Source: Rebecca billardiae RCC1528 (taxonomy: Eukaryota; Protista; Haptophyta). From it: 64,000 nucleotides of DNA. Below are positions 51,020 through 63,985 of this stretch, one piece after another; position 1 is the first letter of the stretch; each line of letters opens with the position of its first letter. The stretch is taken from the NCBI GenBank assembly GCA_965240325.2, contig OZ251242.1:1426001-1490000 (forward strand). The letters run 5' to 3'. Position numbers and translations under genes: made by a program. The notes under the pieces are model-generated. The model was not told where the DNA came from. It saw nothing but the letters and a program-made list of their open reading frames with translations, and made no database searches.

Positions 51020-52013
51020 TCAATCATCGTCAGCATCGGCCGGCTCCCACCGAGGCATGCCGCGCACCTGCCGCGCGCTCGCATCCGCCAGCCGCAGCGG
51101 CGGGAAGTTGAAGTCGTCCACCGGGCCGCGCCGCCCGGCGCCCGGCCGCTGCACGGCGGCGACGAGGTAGGCGACCGGCCTGTCCCTGCCGGCGCTGGGC
51201 AGCCCGCGGTGCACCGTGCGGTAGTCAAAGACGAGCACGCCGCCCGCGGGCACGGCCGGCGCCTCCATGCACGCCATGGCGGCCTCGTCCCACTGCAGCG
51301 TGGGGGCGAGCGCGGCGGCGTGCGCGTCCTCGTGCGAGCCCGGCCAGAACTGCGCCGCGCGCGCCCAGGCGCTCGGGGGCGGGGGTGAGCGGTGGCCGAG
51401 CGCGCGGCGCGCGGCGTGCGGCGCGCGCGGCGCGCCGCACCTGCGTGCCGTCGCCGTCCGCGCGCACGGGGAGCAGCGGCACGAAGACGCTGAAGAGGCC
51501 GCCCACGTTGCCATCGGCGTGGAAGGACTGCGCGCGCGCGCCCGGCCGGCTGATCACCACGCCGCTCATCGCCTCGCGCACGCGGCACGGCCCGGCCGCG
51601 CCGCCGCCGCCCGCCGCCTCGGCGATCGCCGGCGCGGCGAGCTGCAGCGCGCGCGCGCGCAGCCGGCGCCAGCTGGGCGTGTCGGGCAGGCGCACGTCCC
51701 ACCGCAGGCGCTGCCGGTGGCACACCTCCGCGAACGAGTAGCGCTGCTCGAGCACGTCGCCGCCCTTCGCCGCCACGCGCGCGAGCAGCTCGTCGAGCGT
51801 GCCGCGCGCGTGCGCGCCCACCGCGTCCACGAGCGGCGACTCCACCTCGCCGCGCACGAGCGCGAAGCCGCGCGCGCGGAGCTCGGCGCCACTCGCGCGC
51901 GCGTCCGCAGTGGCGCGCCTGGCCGCGGGCGGGGCGGCGCCGCCGACGGCGCGGATGAGCAGCAGGAGCGGCAGCAGCAAGCGACGCTGGCGGCGGACAA
52001 CGAGCGCCGCCAT
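51020..52013 (-). CDS. PhyH-like Fe/2OG dioxygenase with an N-terminal signal peptide
   Basis: QSFHADG, VFVPL...GTQ|FWPGSH, GGVLVFDYRTVHRGL...RPVAYL; intron 51350-51440. Confidence 0.85.
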
Positions 52014-52203
52014 CGTGGGCAGTACTTATCTCGCCTGCCTGAGCTGTGTGCGTCTCTTATTCTTAGTAAACTGTAGTATGATAGGGGTATTTATAAAATT
52101 ATTCGATCGTCGCGTCTGATGACAATGATGCGCTGCTGCTGCTACGCCTGCTAGCTATGGCGACGAATACCAATAATGCTGACGGTTGAATGTGTATAGC
52201 GTA

Positions 52204-52206
<3 letters not shown>

Positions 52207-52275
<69 letters not shown>

Positions 52276-52276
52276 G
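52207..52276. repeat. (TA)n microsatellite
   Basis: Near-perfect TA run. Confidence 0.95.
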
Positions 52277-52472
52277 TATACGTACGCGTCGCGATGACCG
52301 CCCAACCGCGGCGGCGCGCATCATCCCCACCGCGCCAACTACACGCGGCGGACCGGCCGCACTCACGAGACGTGTGAATGAAGTGCACGCCATCGCGGGC
52401 GCACTCGTGCAGTCTGTGAGCGCGGCGGACCACCCCGACGGCCACGCGCCCGCGCGACCAGTCAGCACGGCG

Positions 52473-55038
52473 TCAGGCGACGGCGGTGATGTCCGCCGGG
52501 TCCGTCGCCGCCTCCTGCTCCACGATGGCCGCCGCGCGCTCGGGCGGCAGCTCGCCCGAGTGCGCGAGCTCGGCGAGCAGCGCGCGCACCGCGTGCGCGG
52601 CCGAGCGGCTCTTGTCCACGCACGCGGTCAGCCCCGCGCGCTCAAAGGCGCGGCGCTCGTCGCAGTGCTTCGGGTCGCCCGTCATGCCCACGATGGCGCC
52701 CGCAAACCCGGCCGCGCGCAGCTCGCGCACCACCTCCGTGCCGGAGCGGTTGGGCATCTGCGCGCGCGCGCCGGCGGCGGCGTGCGTGAGCGATCGCGGC
52801 GCACGCGCGCGGCACGGCGCGCGTCTCAAGCGCGCAGATGCACACGCGCACGCACACACACCTGGTTGTCGAGCACGATGAGGTCGTACGGCGGGCACGC
52901 GCCGAGCGCGAAGCGCATCGCCTCCTCGCCGTCCGCCGCCTCGTCCAGCGCGAGGCGCGCGGCGTCGAACTTGCCGAACGTGCGTCGGGAGAAGGAGCGG
53001 CGCAGCACGGCGTCGTCCTCCGCGTACAGGCAGCGCGGCACGCGCGACACCTCGCCCACACGCGCGCACCCGCCGGACTCGTCGTCCACGCCCGAGCGGC
53101 CGAGCGCGGGGTGCGCGTCCTCCGGCGCGGGCGGCGCGGGCTGCGGCGTGGCGCTCGGCCGGCGCGGCCCCAGCGCGCTGAGGTGCGCGAGCGCGCTGGC
53201 GGCGGCGGGGTTGGCGTGCTCGGGCCTGAGGTTGGGCCTGAGGTTGAGGAGCATGTCAAAGCTCAGCCCCGCGCCCAGCCCTGCGCTGTGCAGCTCGAGG
53301 GCGGAGCCGCCGTGCAGGCGCAGCATCTCGCGCACGATGCCGAGGCCGAGGCCGGTGCCGGCGCTGCCCTGGTGCATGCCCGCGCCCACCTGCGTGAACG
53401 CGTCGCCGCTCCGCAGCGCGCGCAGCTCGGCGGCGCTCAGGCCCACGCCCGTGTCGCGCACGCGCACGCGCACGCGCCGCCAGCCGTCGGCCGCGGCCTC
53501 GGCGCCGCCCGGCGCCGGCGCGGCGGCGGGCGGCCCGGCCGACGCCTCCCCGCCGCCGGACCCGTCGCCGTCGGCGTAGCTCAGCTGCACGGTCACGGTG
53601 CCGCCGGCCGGCGTGAACTTGAGCGCGTTGGACAGGCCTGCGTGCGGCCGGAGGGCGCGCGGCGCGGCGCGGCGCGGCGCGGCACGCGGGCGGGCGGGCG
53701 GGCGGGCAGCGCGGCGCTGAGCGCGCGCCGACCGACGGCCGCGCGGCGCGGGCTGCGCGCGGGGGGTCCGCGCCACGCACCGTTGTTGAGGCACTGCGTG
53801 AGGCGGCGCGCGTCCCCCTCGAAGCACGCGCCCTCGAGCTCGGGCGGCACGTCGATGCGCAGCGCGACGGCTTTCTGCGCGCCCAGCCTGTGGAAGGCGC
53901 CGACCGCGTCCCGGAAGAGGTCGCTCAGCTGCACGCGCGCGTACGCGAGCGCCATGCGGCCCGAGTCGAGGCGCTCAAAGTCGAGCATGTCGGCGAGGAT
54001 GCCCTGCATCAGCCGCGAGCAGTGCTGCAGCGCGCGCATCTCCTCCAGCACGTCCGCCAGCGCGGGGCGGCCCGCCAGCTCGGCGCGCAGCTGCTCGGCC
54101 AGCTCGGCCGCGATCGACTCGACCGAGAGCAGCGGCGAGCGCAGGTCGTGCATCACGACGCGGATGAGGCGCGAGCGCGCCTCCTTCGCCTCGGAGACGC
54201 GCTCGAGCTCCGACGCCGACGCGCGCTGCTCGCCCTCGCGCGACGCCGCCGCGAGCCAGCGCGCGCGCCAGCGCGCGCGCCGCGCGGCTGCGGCTGCGAG
54301 CAGGCCGCACGCGAGCAGCGCGTGCGCGAGCGCGCGCGGCGCGAGCGGCGCGGCGCCGTGCGGCGCGTCCGCCGCGAGGATGGCGGCGAGGCCGCTCGCG
54401 CCCACCAGCGCGCACAGCTCGGCGCGCAGCGGCGTGCACAGCGCCGCGTACGCGAGCGTGGCCGCGTGGCGCAGCGCGCGCAGCTCGGACGCGTCCTCGA
54501 GCGCCGCCCGCGCGGACGGGCCGCACGGCGGCGGCGGCGGCAGGAGGCTCGCGCGGCCAAAGAGCTGGAGCACGACGAGGCCGAGCGCGCCGAGCGCCTC
54601 GGCCTGGCCCGCGCGCGCCCAGCCGCGCGCGCACGCCTCGGCCGCCAGCGCGAGCAGCGCGCACGCGGCCGCGAGCGCCGCGGGCGCGGCGGCGGCGGCG
54701 GCGGCGCCGCCGCCGCCGCCGCATGCGGGCGGCCAGCCCGCGCCGCCGTCGGCGTCGGCGTCGGCGGCGGCGGCGGCGTCGGCGGCGAGGCGCGCGATGA
54801 GCTCGGCGGCGGTGATCAGGCCGGCGAGCACGGGCGCCGCCGCGGCGAGCAGCCGGAAGCTGCGCACGAGCTGCGGCGCCGCGCGCTCTGCAACGTACGA
54901 GCGCTCGGCCGCGCCGTCGGCCAAGCGGCCGGAGCGCGTCGTGCGGGGCGCGGGCGCGCGCTCGGCGCCGAGCGCGCGCTGCTGCGACGGCGGGCGGCGG
55001 CCTTCGACGTCCACCGACGCGCCGCGGTCGAGGCCCAT
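52473..55038 (-). CDS. Membrane-bound hybrid histidine kinase (HisKA, HATPase_c and receiver domains)
   Basis: H-box VMHDLRSPL; N-box QCLNN|GLSNALKFT; G1 VRDTGVG; G2 GTGLGL; receiver LYAEDD...DLIVLDNQ|MP...GMTG...VDK; introns 53638-53780 and 52758-52861. Confidence 0.93.
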
Positions 55039-55565
55039 GGCGCGCGCGCGCGCAAATGAGGGCGGGTCTTCGTGATGTTGCCGATCGAGATAGGACCGCG
55101 GACCGCTGTCTCGGGACGGCCTGTGACGTCGTCGTCGGACTGACTCCGCGTAGCCTGATTGCGGCCTTGTGATGGATGTGGGTGCGCCAACCAATACTGC
55201 TCGTAGCAATCGTTGATGGATTCCCGCGAAGTCCGCGGGCCTTTTTACTCAAATTACCTGGAATGCGAGATCGATACCGTACCCGCAGTACGCACTCTCA
55301 ACTCTGAAATCGAGACACTGTTGGGCGCGCTTTGCTGCATCGGTGGACCTTGCCGGTCTTCGAACATGCCGTAGTATGCCTGTTCGTGATTTCACGCAAT
55401 AAACATTACCCAGCTACTTGGCGATGATTCGCGCGCAATCCATGGCGACATCGGAAGGTTCGAGCGCAAATAAACTGCTACTATGGGGGCTACAATAAAT
55501 TCGCAGCACCGCCCTTGCAGAGATCTTCATCAGGCACGTCCGCGCGGCAGCTGCTGGCCTCCGAC

Positions 55566-58500
55566 GCAGCACGCGGCGGTCAAGCCGAGCGCGAGGCGTG
55601 GAGCCCCGCGGGCCGCCCGCACGAGGGCGCACGCGACGCCCGCGAACCAGACTCGGGCTACGGCTGCAGCAACCGGGCTGCGTCCGGAGCCGTGCCGGCT
55701 GCACAGAGCGCGCGCCTGCAGGGGCTGCCGGCCGCGCTCGCGGCTCAGCTGGGCTGAGCTCGGACCTCGGCGCAGCACGCGGCGCCGCGGCCGAGGTCGA
55801 GGCGTGGCGCCCCGCGGCTTGCCCGCGCGCGCCCGCACAGTCTGACCGCGCCCCAGGCTCGTGCTATCGCGGCCGTGCCGACGCGCTGCGTCCGGGGTAG
55901 CGCGCGCGTGGCCGCCACCGGCAGTTCATCGGCTCATCCGCATCGCGCGCCCGCGCGGGCGCCGACGGCAGCGCGTGGCGCGGTGCGAGCCAGCCGAGCG
56001 AGCGCAGCGCATGCTGCTCGGCGGCGCGAGCGCGTCGCAACCGTGGCTGACCGCACGCACCAGCCCAGCTGCCCCCGCCCCCGCGCCCCCATCTCCCACC
56101 TCGTCCGAGCTGCCTCTGGTGCGCGCCATCACGGCAGCGAGCCGCCGATCCGCAGCTGCTGGATGCCGCTGCTCGCGCACGCGCCTCGCGTCGAAGGAGC
56201 GGCCGCCCCTTGCCGTGGCGCGTGCGCATGGCGGTCGAGACGAGCTCACTCGAGCGCTGCCAGCGCGGGTCGGCGCTGGCGCCCGCAGTAGCACGGGCAT
56301 TGCCCTGTCCCACCGCGGCGCTGGCCGCCCTCTCGTGGCTCCTCGCTCGGCGAGCTGGGGGGCCGCCGCGCGCGCGCCGCCGAGGGGAGCGACGCGCTGC
56401 GCGGCGTCGTGCGAGAGGTCGAGGCGCGAGTGCATTCATCCGCCGCGCGCACTCGACCGCTCCGCCGTGCGCGCGGCCGCACGCTGGCGGCAGCGCGTGG
56501 CCGAGCGGCTGAGCCGAGGGGCCGGCAGCGCGCTCGCGCCGCCGCGCACAGTCGCGAGGGCTACGGATGGGAGCGTGCGAGCCGGCAGGGTCGCGCTGAG
56601 TGCATGCTGCTCGACGGCGCGATGCCCCTCTTGCGCACCGCTGGGCCGGCGTGCGCGCGCACCCGGCAGCGACAGCGCGCGACAGCCGCACGCCCAGGGA
56701 CGCCATGCTGGCTTCGTCGATCGCGCCCAACAGCAGCCTTGGCTTTTCGCGATCGACGGCGACCGTTGGCAGCGGAATGACTACAGTTTACTATGATTTA
56801 ACGTGCACACTTGGTACTGGGCTTGCTGCAATGGCCGCCTCGATGAGGTGCGGCAACGCGCCCCTCACCTGCCTGCGCCGGTCTGTTTTGTGGCGGTGTC
56901 TTTGTGCAGTGTTGGATGGCGTCAATCACGCCTTAACCAAGTGTGCACGTTAAAACATAGTAAACTGTACGCGAATCAGCATGGCCGGGACGGCGTCTCC
57001 GCATGGGATTGCAACTCATGGCACAGCCGGGTGCAAAAGCGCATCGGCGACGTCGGACGGGGCTGTTGCGCGCCGAGAGCTAAGTACGTAGAGCGTTGCA
57101 ACCGCCTCCCCCGCGCCTCGTACCAGCCCAAGGTGGCCCCCGCCCCGCCCCGCCCCCCCGTCTCACTTGCCAGTGCGACCGCTGTCTCCTGCGAGCGCAG
57201 CGGGCCATCCTGCAGCCGCGCCGAGCGGTTTGAGCGGGGGATGAGCGATGACGGGTGTCTATATAGGCGAGCCGTCGCTGCATACTGCTCATCGTCTAGT
57301 CAGCGCCCGCGCCCGCCGCCGCCATTTGAAGTCTCAATGACAGCGGCCTGCGAGTGTCCAGCGGACCACTCGCTGCAAGTGCAACTGCCGCTGGCTTCTG
57401 CCTTCCTGGCTGGCGAGGCGCAGCACGACACGGCTGTGCGCGGGCAATCTGGCTCCTTTGATGGCCGAATTGGTAGGTGAACGGGCCACACCCGCGAGGG
57501 CATCCCCGCGTGCAGCAAGGGCGGCCCGGTCAGGGCGGGAGCGCCGTGCGCGCCGGGCAGCGCGCCACGGCGGCCGGTGGCACGGCTCTCGTGGTGTGTG
57601 TGAGCCCTCGCCCCGCCGCGCACGCTCCTGCTGCGCCGAGGCTGCCGCGCCGCGCCCGAGCTGATCGCGCGGCGCGCGCGGTGGCGCCTGCCAAGTGCTG
57701 CTGCTACCGCCGAGTGCTGCTGGCTGGGCCGACGCGAAGCCCGCGCCCGAGAGTCGGGCCGCGCGGCAGGGAGCTGCGGACGTGGAGCGCAGCAGCCGTC
57801 CCAGCGCCTCGCCCTGGTCAAAGCGGCCCCCGCCCCGCCCCCCCCCATCTTGCTCTTCGTCCAACCTGCACCGGGGACGCGTCGTGAGCGGCAACCACCA
57901 GGGCCCTCATCATCGCGCGTGAGCGCCCGCTCTGGACGCACAGCTGCCTCGGAGATGACATGCGCCCACTGCAGTGCTGCTGGTCGCGCGCGCGCCTCAC
58001 GTCGAAAGAGCGGGCGCGCCTTGCCGCGGCGCGAGCGCGTTGAGGTTGAGACGAGCGAGCACGTTCGAGCGCTGCCGTTGCGTGTCAGCGGCGGTGATGA
58101 GCAGCAGTCGCGCAGACGCCGCCCTGTCCCACCGCGCTGGGAGTCGCTCACGCCATCTGCACTCGCGCCTGGCCCTGGCTGGCCAGCAGCCCTCCGCGTG
58201 CAGTCGGACAGCCTCGAGGGGGCGGGTTGGGCGGCGGACGAGTGACGACGGGCGTCTGCTGGCGAGCCTTGGCCGCGCCGGGCGCATCGTCTAGTCCAGC
58301 GCAGCCATCGCCTACGCCCGCGCCCGCCGCTGCCATTTGTAGTCTCGGTTGCCGCGCGCTGCGGTCTGCGCCGAGTGCTCCGACCGTGCGGCAGCTGCTG
58401 GCCGCTGCCTTCTGGCTGGCGAGGTGCGATGAACCGCGGCGCAGCACGCGGCGGTCAAGCCGAGCGCGAGGCGTGGGGCCCCGCGGGCTGCCCGTTCGAG

Positions 58501-59345
58501 GGCGCACGCGACGAGCCCGGCTCGGGCTGCGGCTGAGCACCGATGCAGAGGCTGCGTCCGCTGCGCCGAGCGCGCGCCGCATCGCGCTGCCAGGCGCGCG
58601 CGCGACGCCGTGCGGCTCAGCTGGGCTCGTCTATCCTCGGCGCAGCACGCGGCGCAGCGGCCGATTGCGAGGAGTGACGCCCCGCGACTATGCCCGCGCG
58701 GGCCCGCACCGACTGTCTGCGCGCCACGGTCGGGCGGTTGCGAAGGTGCCGACGCTGCGTCGGAGGCCGCGCGCGCGTGGCCACCACCTGCTGCTCAGGG
58801 CGCGCTTGTGCGGGAGGGAGAGCCGCGCCGATGCGTGGCTGCTGGATGCCGTGTGGCCTCAGCTGACGGCGATGCGGCGGCCGCTCTGACTGGCGGCGTG
58901 GCCGACCGTCGAGGGGGTAGTTGACTCGGTCGGTCGGAACGCGTCTCTAGAGGCCGCCGATCCATCTAGCGGCCGCTAGGGCATCCCCGCATGCAGTGAG
59001 GGCGGCCCAGCCAGAGTGTGAGCGCAGTGCGCAGCAGCAGCGCCGAGCAGCGCATTAGGGCTGCCGATGGCACTGCTCTCGCGCTTATTTGGGGCGTAGT
59101 GTGAGCCCGCGTTCAGTCGCGCGCGCTCCTGCTGCACCGAGGCTGCCGCGACCGCGCCGCGCTCGAGCAGAGCGCTGCGCGCGCGTGGCGGCGCCCGCAG
59201 AGTGCTGCTCAGTGGCCCGATACAAAGCTCACGCCAGGAAGCTGCGGGCGTGGAGCTCCACAGCCGGCCCAGCGCCTCGCCCTGGTCAAAGCTGCCCCCG
59301 CCCCGCCCCCCCCATCTTGCTCTTCGTCCAAACTGCGCCTGGTGC
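55566..59345 (+). repeat. Patchwork of degenerate direct duplications (non-coding)
   Basis: 55566-55918 matches 58441-58788; 56180-56320 matches 57990-58140; 57230-57330 matches 58230-58340; 57498-57875 matches 58979-59340. Confidence 0.75.
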
Positions 59346-59739
59346 GCGAATAGTGATCGAGCGGCAATCGCCTGCGGCGCGCCGAGCGCGCGCGAGCTGG
59401 ATGGCCAACGCCCACCGACTGGTGGTTGCCCCCGCCGCGCATGCCAAGCACGCGCAGCAGGGCACGCGGCGGATGCGGTGAAGGGCGCGTGGCCGGGTGC
59501 GCACGGGAATGGTGGCATATACGCGCTCGTCTGACTCGCGACAGCCCGCATGATGCGCTGATCGTCGACCGCCCGTCTCAGATGGACCTGACGCGCCCTG
59601 CGTCGACCTCGCCCCGGCCAAAGCAGCCCCCACCCCGGGGCCCCATCGAACACTCCGTCGACCTGCCCTCGGCTTGCGCAGCAGCTGCTGCACCGTCTAC
59701 GACGACTGCTGCCGTGCGCGCTCGTGATCGTGTACGGTC

Positions 59740-59965
59740 AGATCTCGGGCCGCGCGCGCGCCCGGCGCTGCACCGAGGCCTGCCGCTCGACCGTGCTGAC
59801 CAGCCCCAGCTGGCCGCACTGGTTGCGGCCGCGCGCGTATACGGCGCCCGCCTCGCTCAGCGTGAGCAGGCGCGCGCGACCGGCGGCCGCGCGCACGCAC
59901 ACCGCCTCCAGCGTGCTCACGCGCGTCGGCACGAGCAGGCGGGACTCGGTGGCGAGGTAGCTGTG
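59740..59965 (-). pseudogene. Decayed RCC1-repeat gene fragment
   Basis: LLVPTRVSTLEAVCVRAAAG..LLTLSEAGAVYARGRNQCGQLGL resembles one RCC1 blade; flanked by stops. Confidence 0.5.
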
Positions 59966-61224
59966 CGACGCACGTGCGCACGCCGCCGTCCGCGGCGACA
60001 ACTAGGCAGAGCGGACCCTCGCGCGGCCTGAGATGGCGGTCGCTGGTCGACCCTCTCCAGCGGGGCGGCCGTTTGGGCGTCCTCTCGCGGGCGGGCGCCA
60101 CGCGGAGGCGCGCGGCGGCGCTCGCGCACCGCAGCGGTCGGCCCGCCTCTTCTCGCGTATGCCCAGTAGCGGCTGCTCGCGCACGGGCGCGCGTCTCCAC
60201 GCTGCCTGGCGCGGCGCGCGCGGCGCGAGTGCGCGCGCGAGTGCGCGCGGCGTACTTTGGCGGCGCGGGCCGAGTGGGCCACGGTTCGTGCGCTGCTCCA
60301 GACTGCACGTGAGGCTGAGCCGCCGGCGCTCGCGCCCGTCCCGCCGCGCGCCGCCGCGCGCCCCTCGGCGCGGCCTCACGAGAGCGCGTCGGCACGGGTG
60401 GTGATGAAGCGGGCTTTGTTGGACAGCGCGGTCCACACGCGTGCCTTTAGGCTTCGCGCCGCGCACCGCGCTCGCTGGAGCCCTCTCGTCCCGCCGCGCG
60501 GCGCACACGTCAGCGCGCTGGCGCGGGCGCGGGCGTGCTGTGTCAGGGGACTGGGTTGCTGCCCTCACGGTGTGTCGGCGTGCCGCAAGGCGGACCGCCG
60601 GTCGGGCGCGGCCTATCGCCTCGCCGTGTCTCGGATGGCGCGGCGCGTGCACGCGGCCCGCCGCCGCGTGCGCTCGACGCGGCGGCGGCGGGCAGCCGCC
60701 ATCGTGAGCTCGTCGCCTGCCGAGATCGTGCCGAGAGCTCGCGATCTGCTCGGGCGAGATTTGCAGAGCGACGCCGCTCAACAGTCAAATGCGATGGCGG
60801 CCGGCCCTCTCTTCCGGCGGAGCATGGTGTGGGCGTCATCTCTCGGGCGTGCGCCGCGCGGAGGCGCGCGCGGCGGCGGCTCGGCGCGCACTGGGCGCGG
60901 TGGCGAGCCCGTTGGATTTCGCGTGCGCGGTGCGACGGCTGCCTGCGCGCGGCAGTGGCGCGCGCTGGCGCCGCGCCCGGCCGCGGGCCGGCGCCTCCGC
61001 GCTGCCTCGTGCGGCGCGAGCGCGCGCGCGGCGTGCGGGGCAGCGCCGGCCGATAGTGTTACGATGTTTGCGCTGCTCCGGGCTGCATGCGAAGCCAAAG
61101 CTCCGGCGCTCGCGCCGCGCACGCCCTGCCCCGGCGCCGCCGCCGGCTCGGCCGTGCGCTCGGCAGCAGCGGCAGCCAGCGCGCTCGCGTCCGCGTCGGC
61201 TCCGCAGCTTGCGCTCGCCAACGG

Positions 61225-61830
61225 CGCTGCGCGAGCTTGCGCGCTGCCGGCCAGCGCCGCACGGGGTCCCGATGGGCCGTTCCCTCGCCCCCGCCACGAT
61301 CGCGCCGCGAGGTGGCGGCGATGATGCGCGCGCGGCCGTGCACTCGGCAGCAGCAGCAGCGGCAGCAGCAGCAGCGGCAGCCGGCACGCGCGCGGCCGCG
61401 TCGGCGCCGCGGCCCGCGCTCGCAGACTGCGCTGCGCGATCTTGCGCACTGCCGGCCAGCGCCGCACGGGGTTCCGATGGGCCGTTCCCTCGCCCCCGCC
61501 AAGATCGCGCCGCGAGGTGGCGGCGGTGATGCGCGCGCGGCCGGCTCGGCATTGTGCTCGGCAGCAGCAGCAGCAGCCTGCGCGGCCGCGACCGCACGCC
61601 AGCTCTTGCTCGCCTTCGGCTCGGCGAAAGGTGGTGTGCGGCGGCGCAGCGCCGCGCGGGATGCATACGCGCCGCTCCATCACCTCGCGCCGACCTGTCG
61701 CCGCAGCGCTCGGGCGAGGGCGCGCACGCGCGGCCGGCTCGGCCGCGCACCGCGCAGCAGCAGCCGCAGCGGCCTGCGCGGCCGCTGCACGCGTCAGCTC
61801 TCGCTCGCCTTCGGCTCGGCGAAAGCTGGC
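61225..61830 (+). repeat. Degenerate ~200-bp tandem repeats
   Basis: gctgcgcga.cttgcgc.ctgccggccagcgccgcacgggg... at 61225 and 61430; ...gctcgccttcggctcggcgaaag at ~61608 and ~61803. Confidence 0.8.
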
Positions 61831-61929
61831 GCGTGTCGGCTTAGTGCCGGGTGGTACGAGCCACACGCCCGATGGCCGTCGCGAGAATATGTGCTGGGCG
61901 CGGCCTCGTCGGACTCAGCGCCCCTCACC

Positions 61930-63985
61930 AGCCGCGCGCGCGCCGTCGGCGCCGGGCCAGTGGCAGTTAGAGCAAGTAGCCGCGAAGGGGGTCACGCAAG
62001 GCCCGCTCTCGAGCGAGCGCTCGCTGGCCGTCGAGACTATGTGTTGAACGGCTCCGAACCGCCAGGTAGAGGTGAGAGCGGCGCGTGCGTGGCCTCGCTC
62101 TTGTCACCTACCGGCCGCGCGCGCGCTCGGCGGGGCCGGCAAGTGCGGCAGTTACAACGAATTGGTGTCGTAGGGACGGTCACGCAGAGCCCGCTCTCGA
62201 GCGAGCGCTCGCTATAGCCGTCGAGCATATGTGTCGGGCGGCACCTAACCGCCAGGTGGAGGCGAGAGCGGCGCGTGCTTGGCCTCGCTCTGGTCACCCA
62301 CCGGCCGCGCGCGCGCTCGGCTGTGCAGTCGAGTTGCAGTTATATCGAATTGGTGTCGTAGGGACGGTCGCGCAGGGCCAGCTCTCGAGCGAGCGCTTGC
62401 TGGCCGTCGAGCATATGTGTCGGGCGGCTCCGAACCGCCGGGTAGAGGTGAGAGCGGCGCGTGCTTGGCTTGGCTCTGGTCACCTACCGGCCGCGCGCGC
62501 GCTCAGCTGCTCAGGCGGGTGGCAGTTACGGCAAATAGGCCGCATAGGGACGGTCGCGCAGGGCCCGCTCTCGAGCGAGCGCTTGCTGGCCGTCGAACAT
62601 ATGTGCTGGGGGGCTCCGAACCGCCGGGTAGAGGTGAGAGCGGCGCGTGCTTGGCTTGGCTCTGGTCACCTACCGGCCGCGCGCGCGCTCGGCTGCTCAG
62701 GCGGATGGCAGTTACGGCAAACAGGCCGCATAGGGACGGTCACGCAGGGCCCGCTCTCGAGCGAGCGCTCGCTGTCCGTCGAGCATATGTGCTGGGGGGC
62801 TCCGAACCGCCGGGTAGAGGTGAGAGCGGCGCGTGTGTGGCTTGGCTCTGGTCACCTACCGGCCGCGCGCGCGCTCGGCGGGGCCGGCGGGTGGCAGTTA
62901 AGGCAAACAGGCCGCATAGGGACGGTCACGCAGGGCCCGCTCTCGAGTGAGCACTCGCTGTCCGTCGAGCATATGTGCTGGGGGGCTCCGAACCGCCGGG
63001 TAGAGGTGAGAGCGGCGCGTGCTTGGCTTGGCTCTGGTCACCTACCGGCCGCGCGCGCGCTCGGCTGCTCAGGCGGGTGGCAGTTAGGGCAAACAGGCCG
63101 CATAGGGACGGTCACGCAGGGCCCGCTCTCGAGCGAGCGCTTGCTGGCCGTCGAGCATATGTGTTGGGGGGCTCCGAACCGCCGGGTAGAGGCGAGAGCG
63201 GCGCATGCTTGGCTTGGCTCTGGTCACCTACCGGCCGCGCGCGCGCTCGGCGGCTCACGCGGGTGGCAGTTAATGCAAACCGGCCGCATATGGACGGTCA
63301 CGCAGGGCCCGCTCTCGAGCGAGCGCTTGCTGGCCGTCGAGCATATGTGTCGGGCGGCTCCGAACCGCCGGGTAGAGGTGAGAGCGGCGCGTGTGTGGCT
63401 TGGCTCTGGTCACCTACCGGCCGCGCGCGCGCTCGGCGGGGCCGGCGGGTGGCAGCTAAAGCAAATAGGCCGCATAGGGACGGTCACGCAGGGCCCGCTC
63501 TCGAGTGAGCGCTCGCTGTCCGTCGAGCATATGTGCTGGGGGGCTCCGAACCGCCGGGTAGAGGTGAGAGCGGCGCGTGCTTGGCTTGGCTCTGGTCACC
63601 TACCGGCCGCGCGCGCGCTCGGCTGCTCAGGCGGGTGGCAGTTAGGGCAAACAGGCCGCATAGGGACGGTCACGCAGGGCCCGCTCTCGAGCGAGCGCTT
63701 GCTGGCCGTCGAGCATATGTGCTGGGGGGCTCCGAACCGCCGGGTAGAGGTGAGAGCGGGGCGTGCTTGGCTTGGCTCTGGTCACCTACCGGCCGCGCGG
63801 GCGGTCGGTGGCTCAGGCGGGTGGCAGCTACGGCAAACAGGCCGCATAGGGACGGTCACGCAGGGCCCGCTCTCGAGCGAGCGCTTGCTGGCCGTCGAGC
63901 ATATGTGTCGGGCGGCTCCGAACCGCCGGGTAGAGGTGAGAGCGGCGCGTGCTTGGCTTGGCTCTGGTCACATACAGGCCGCGCG
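61930..63985 (+). repeat. 186-bp tandem satellite, about 11 monomers, with a 558-bp higher-order repeat
   Basis: The gagcatatg anchor recurs at 62223, 62409, 62595 (variant gaacatatg) and 62781, a period of 186; the outer monomers are more diverged. Confidence 0.97.

Noticed and set aside
61930-63985. CRISPR-like array
   Set aside because: Whole 186-bp units repeat with no unique spacers, there are no cas genes, and the context is eukaryotic
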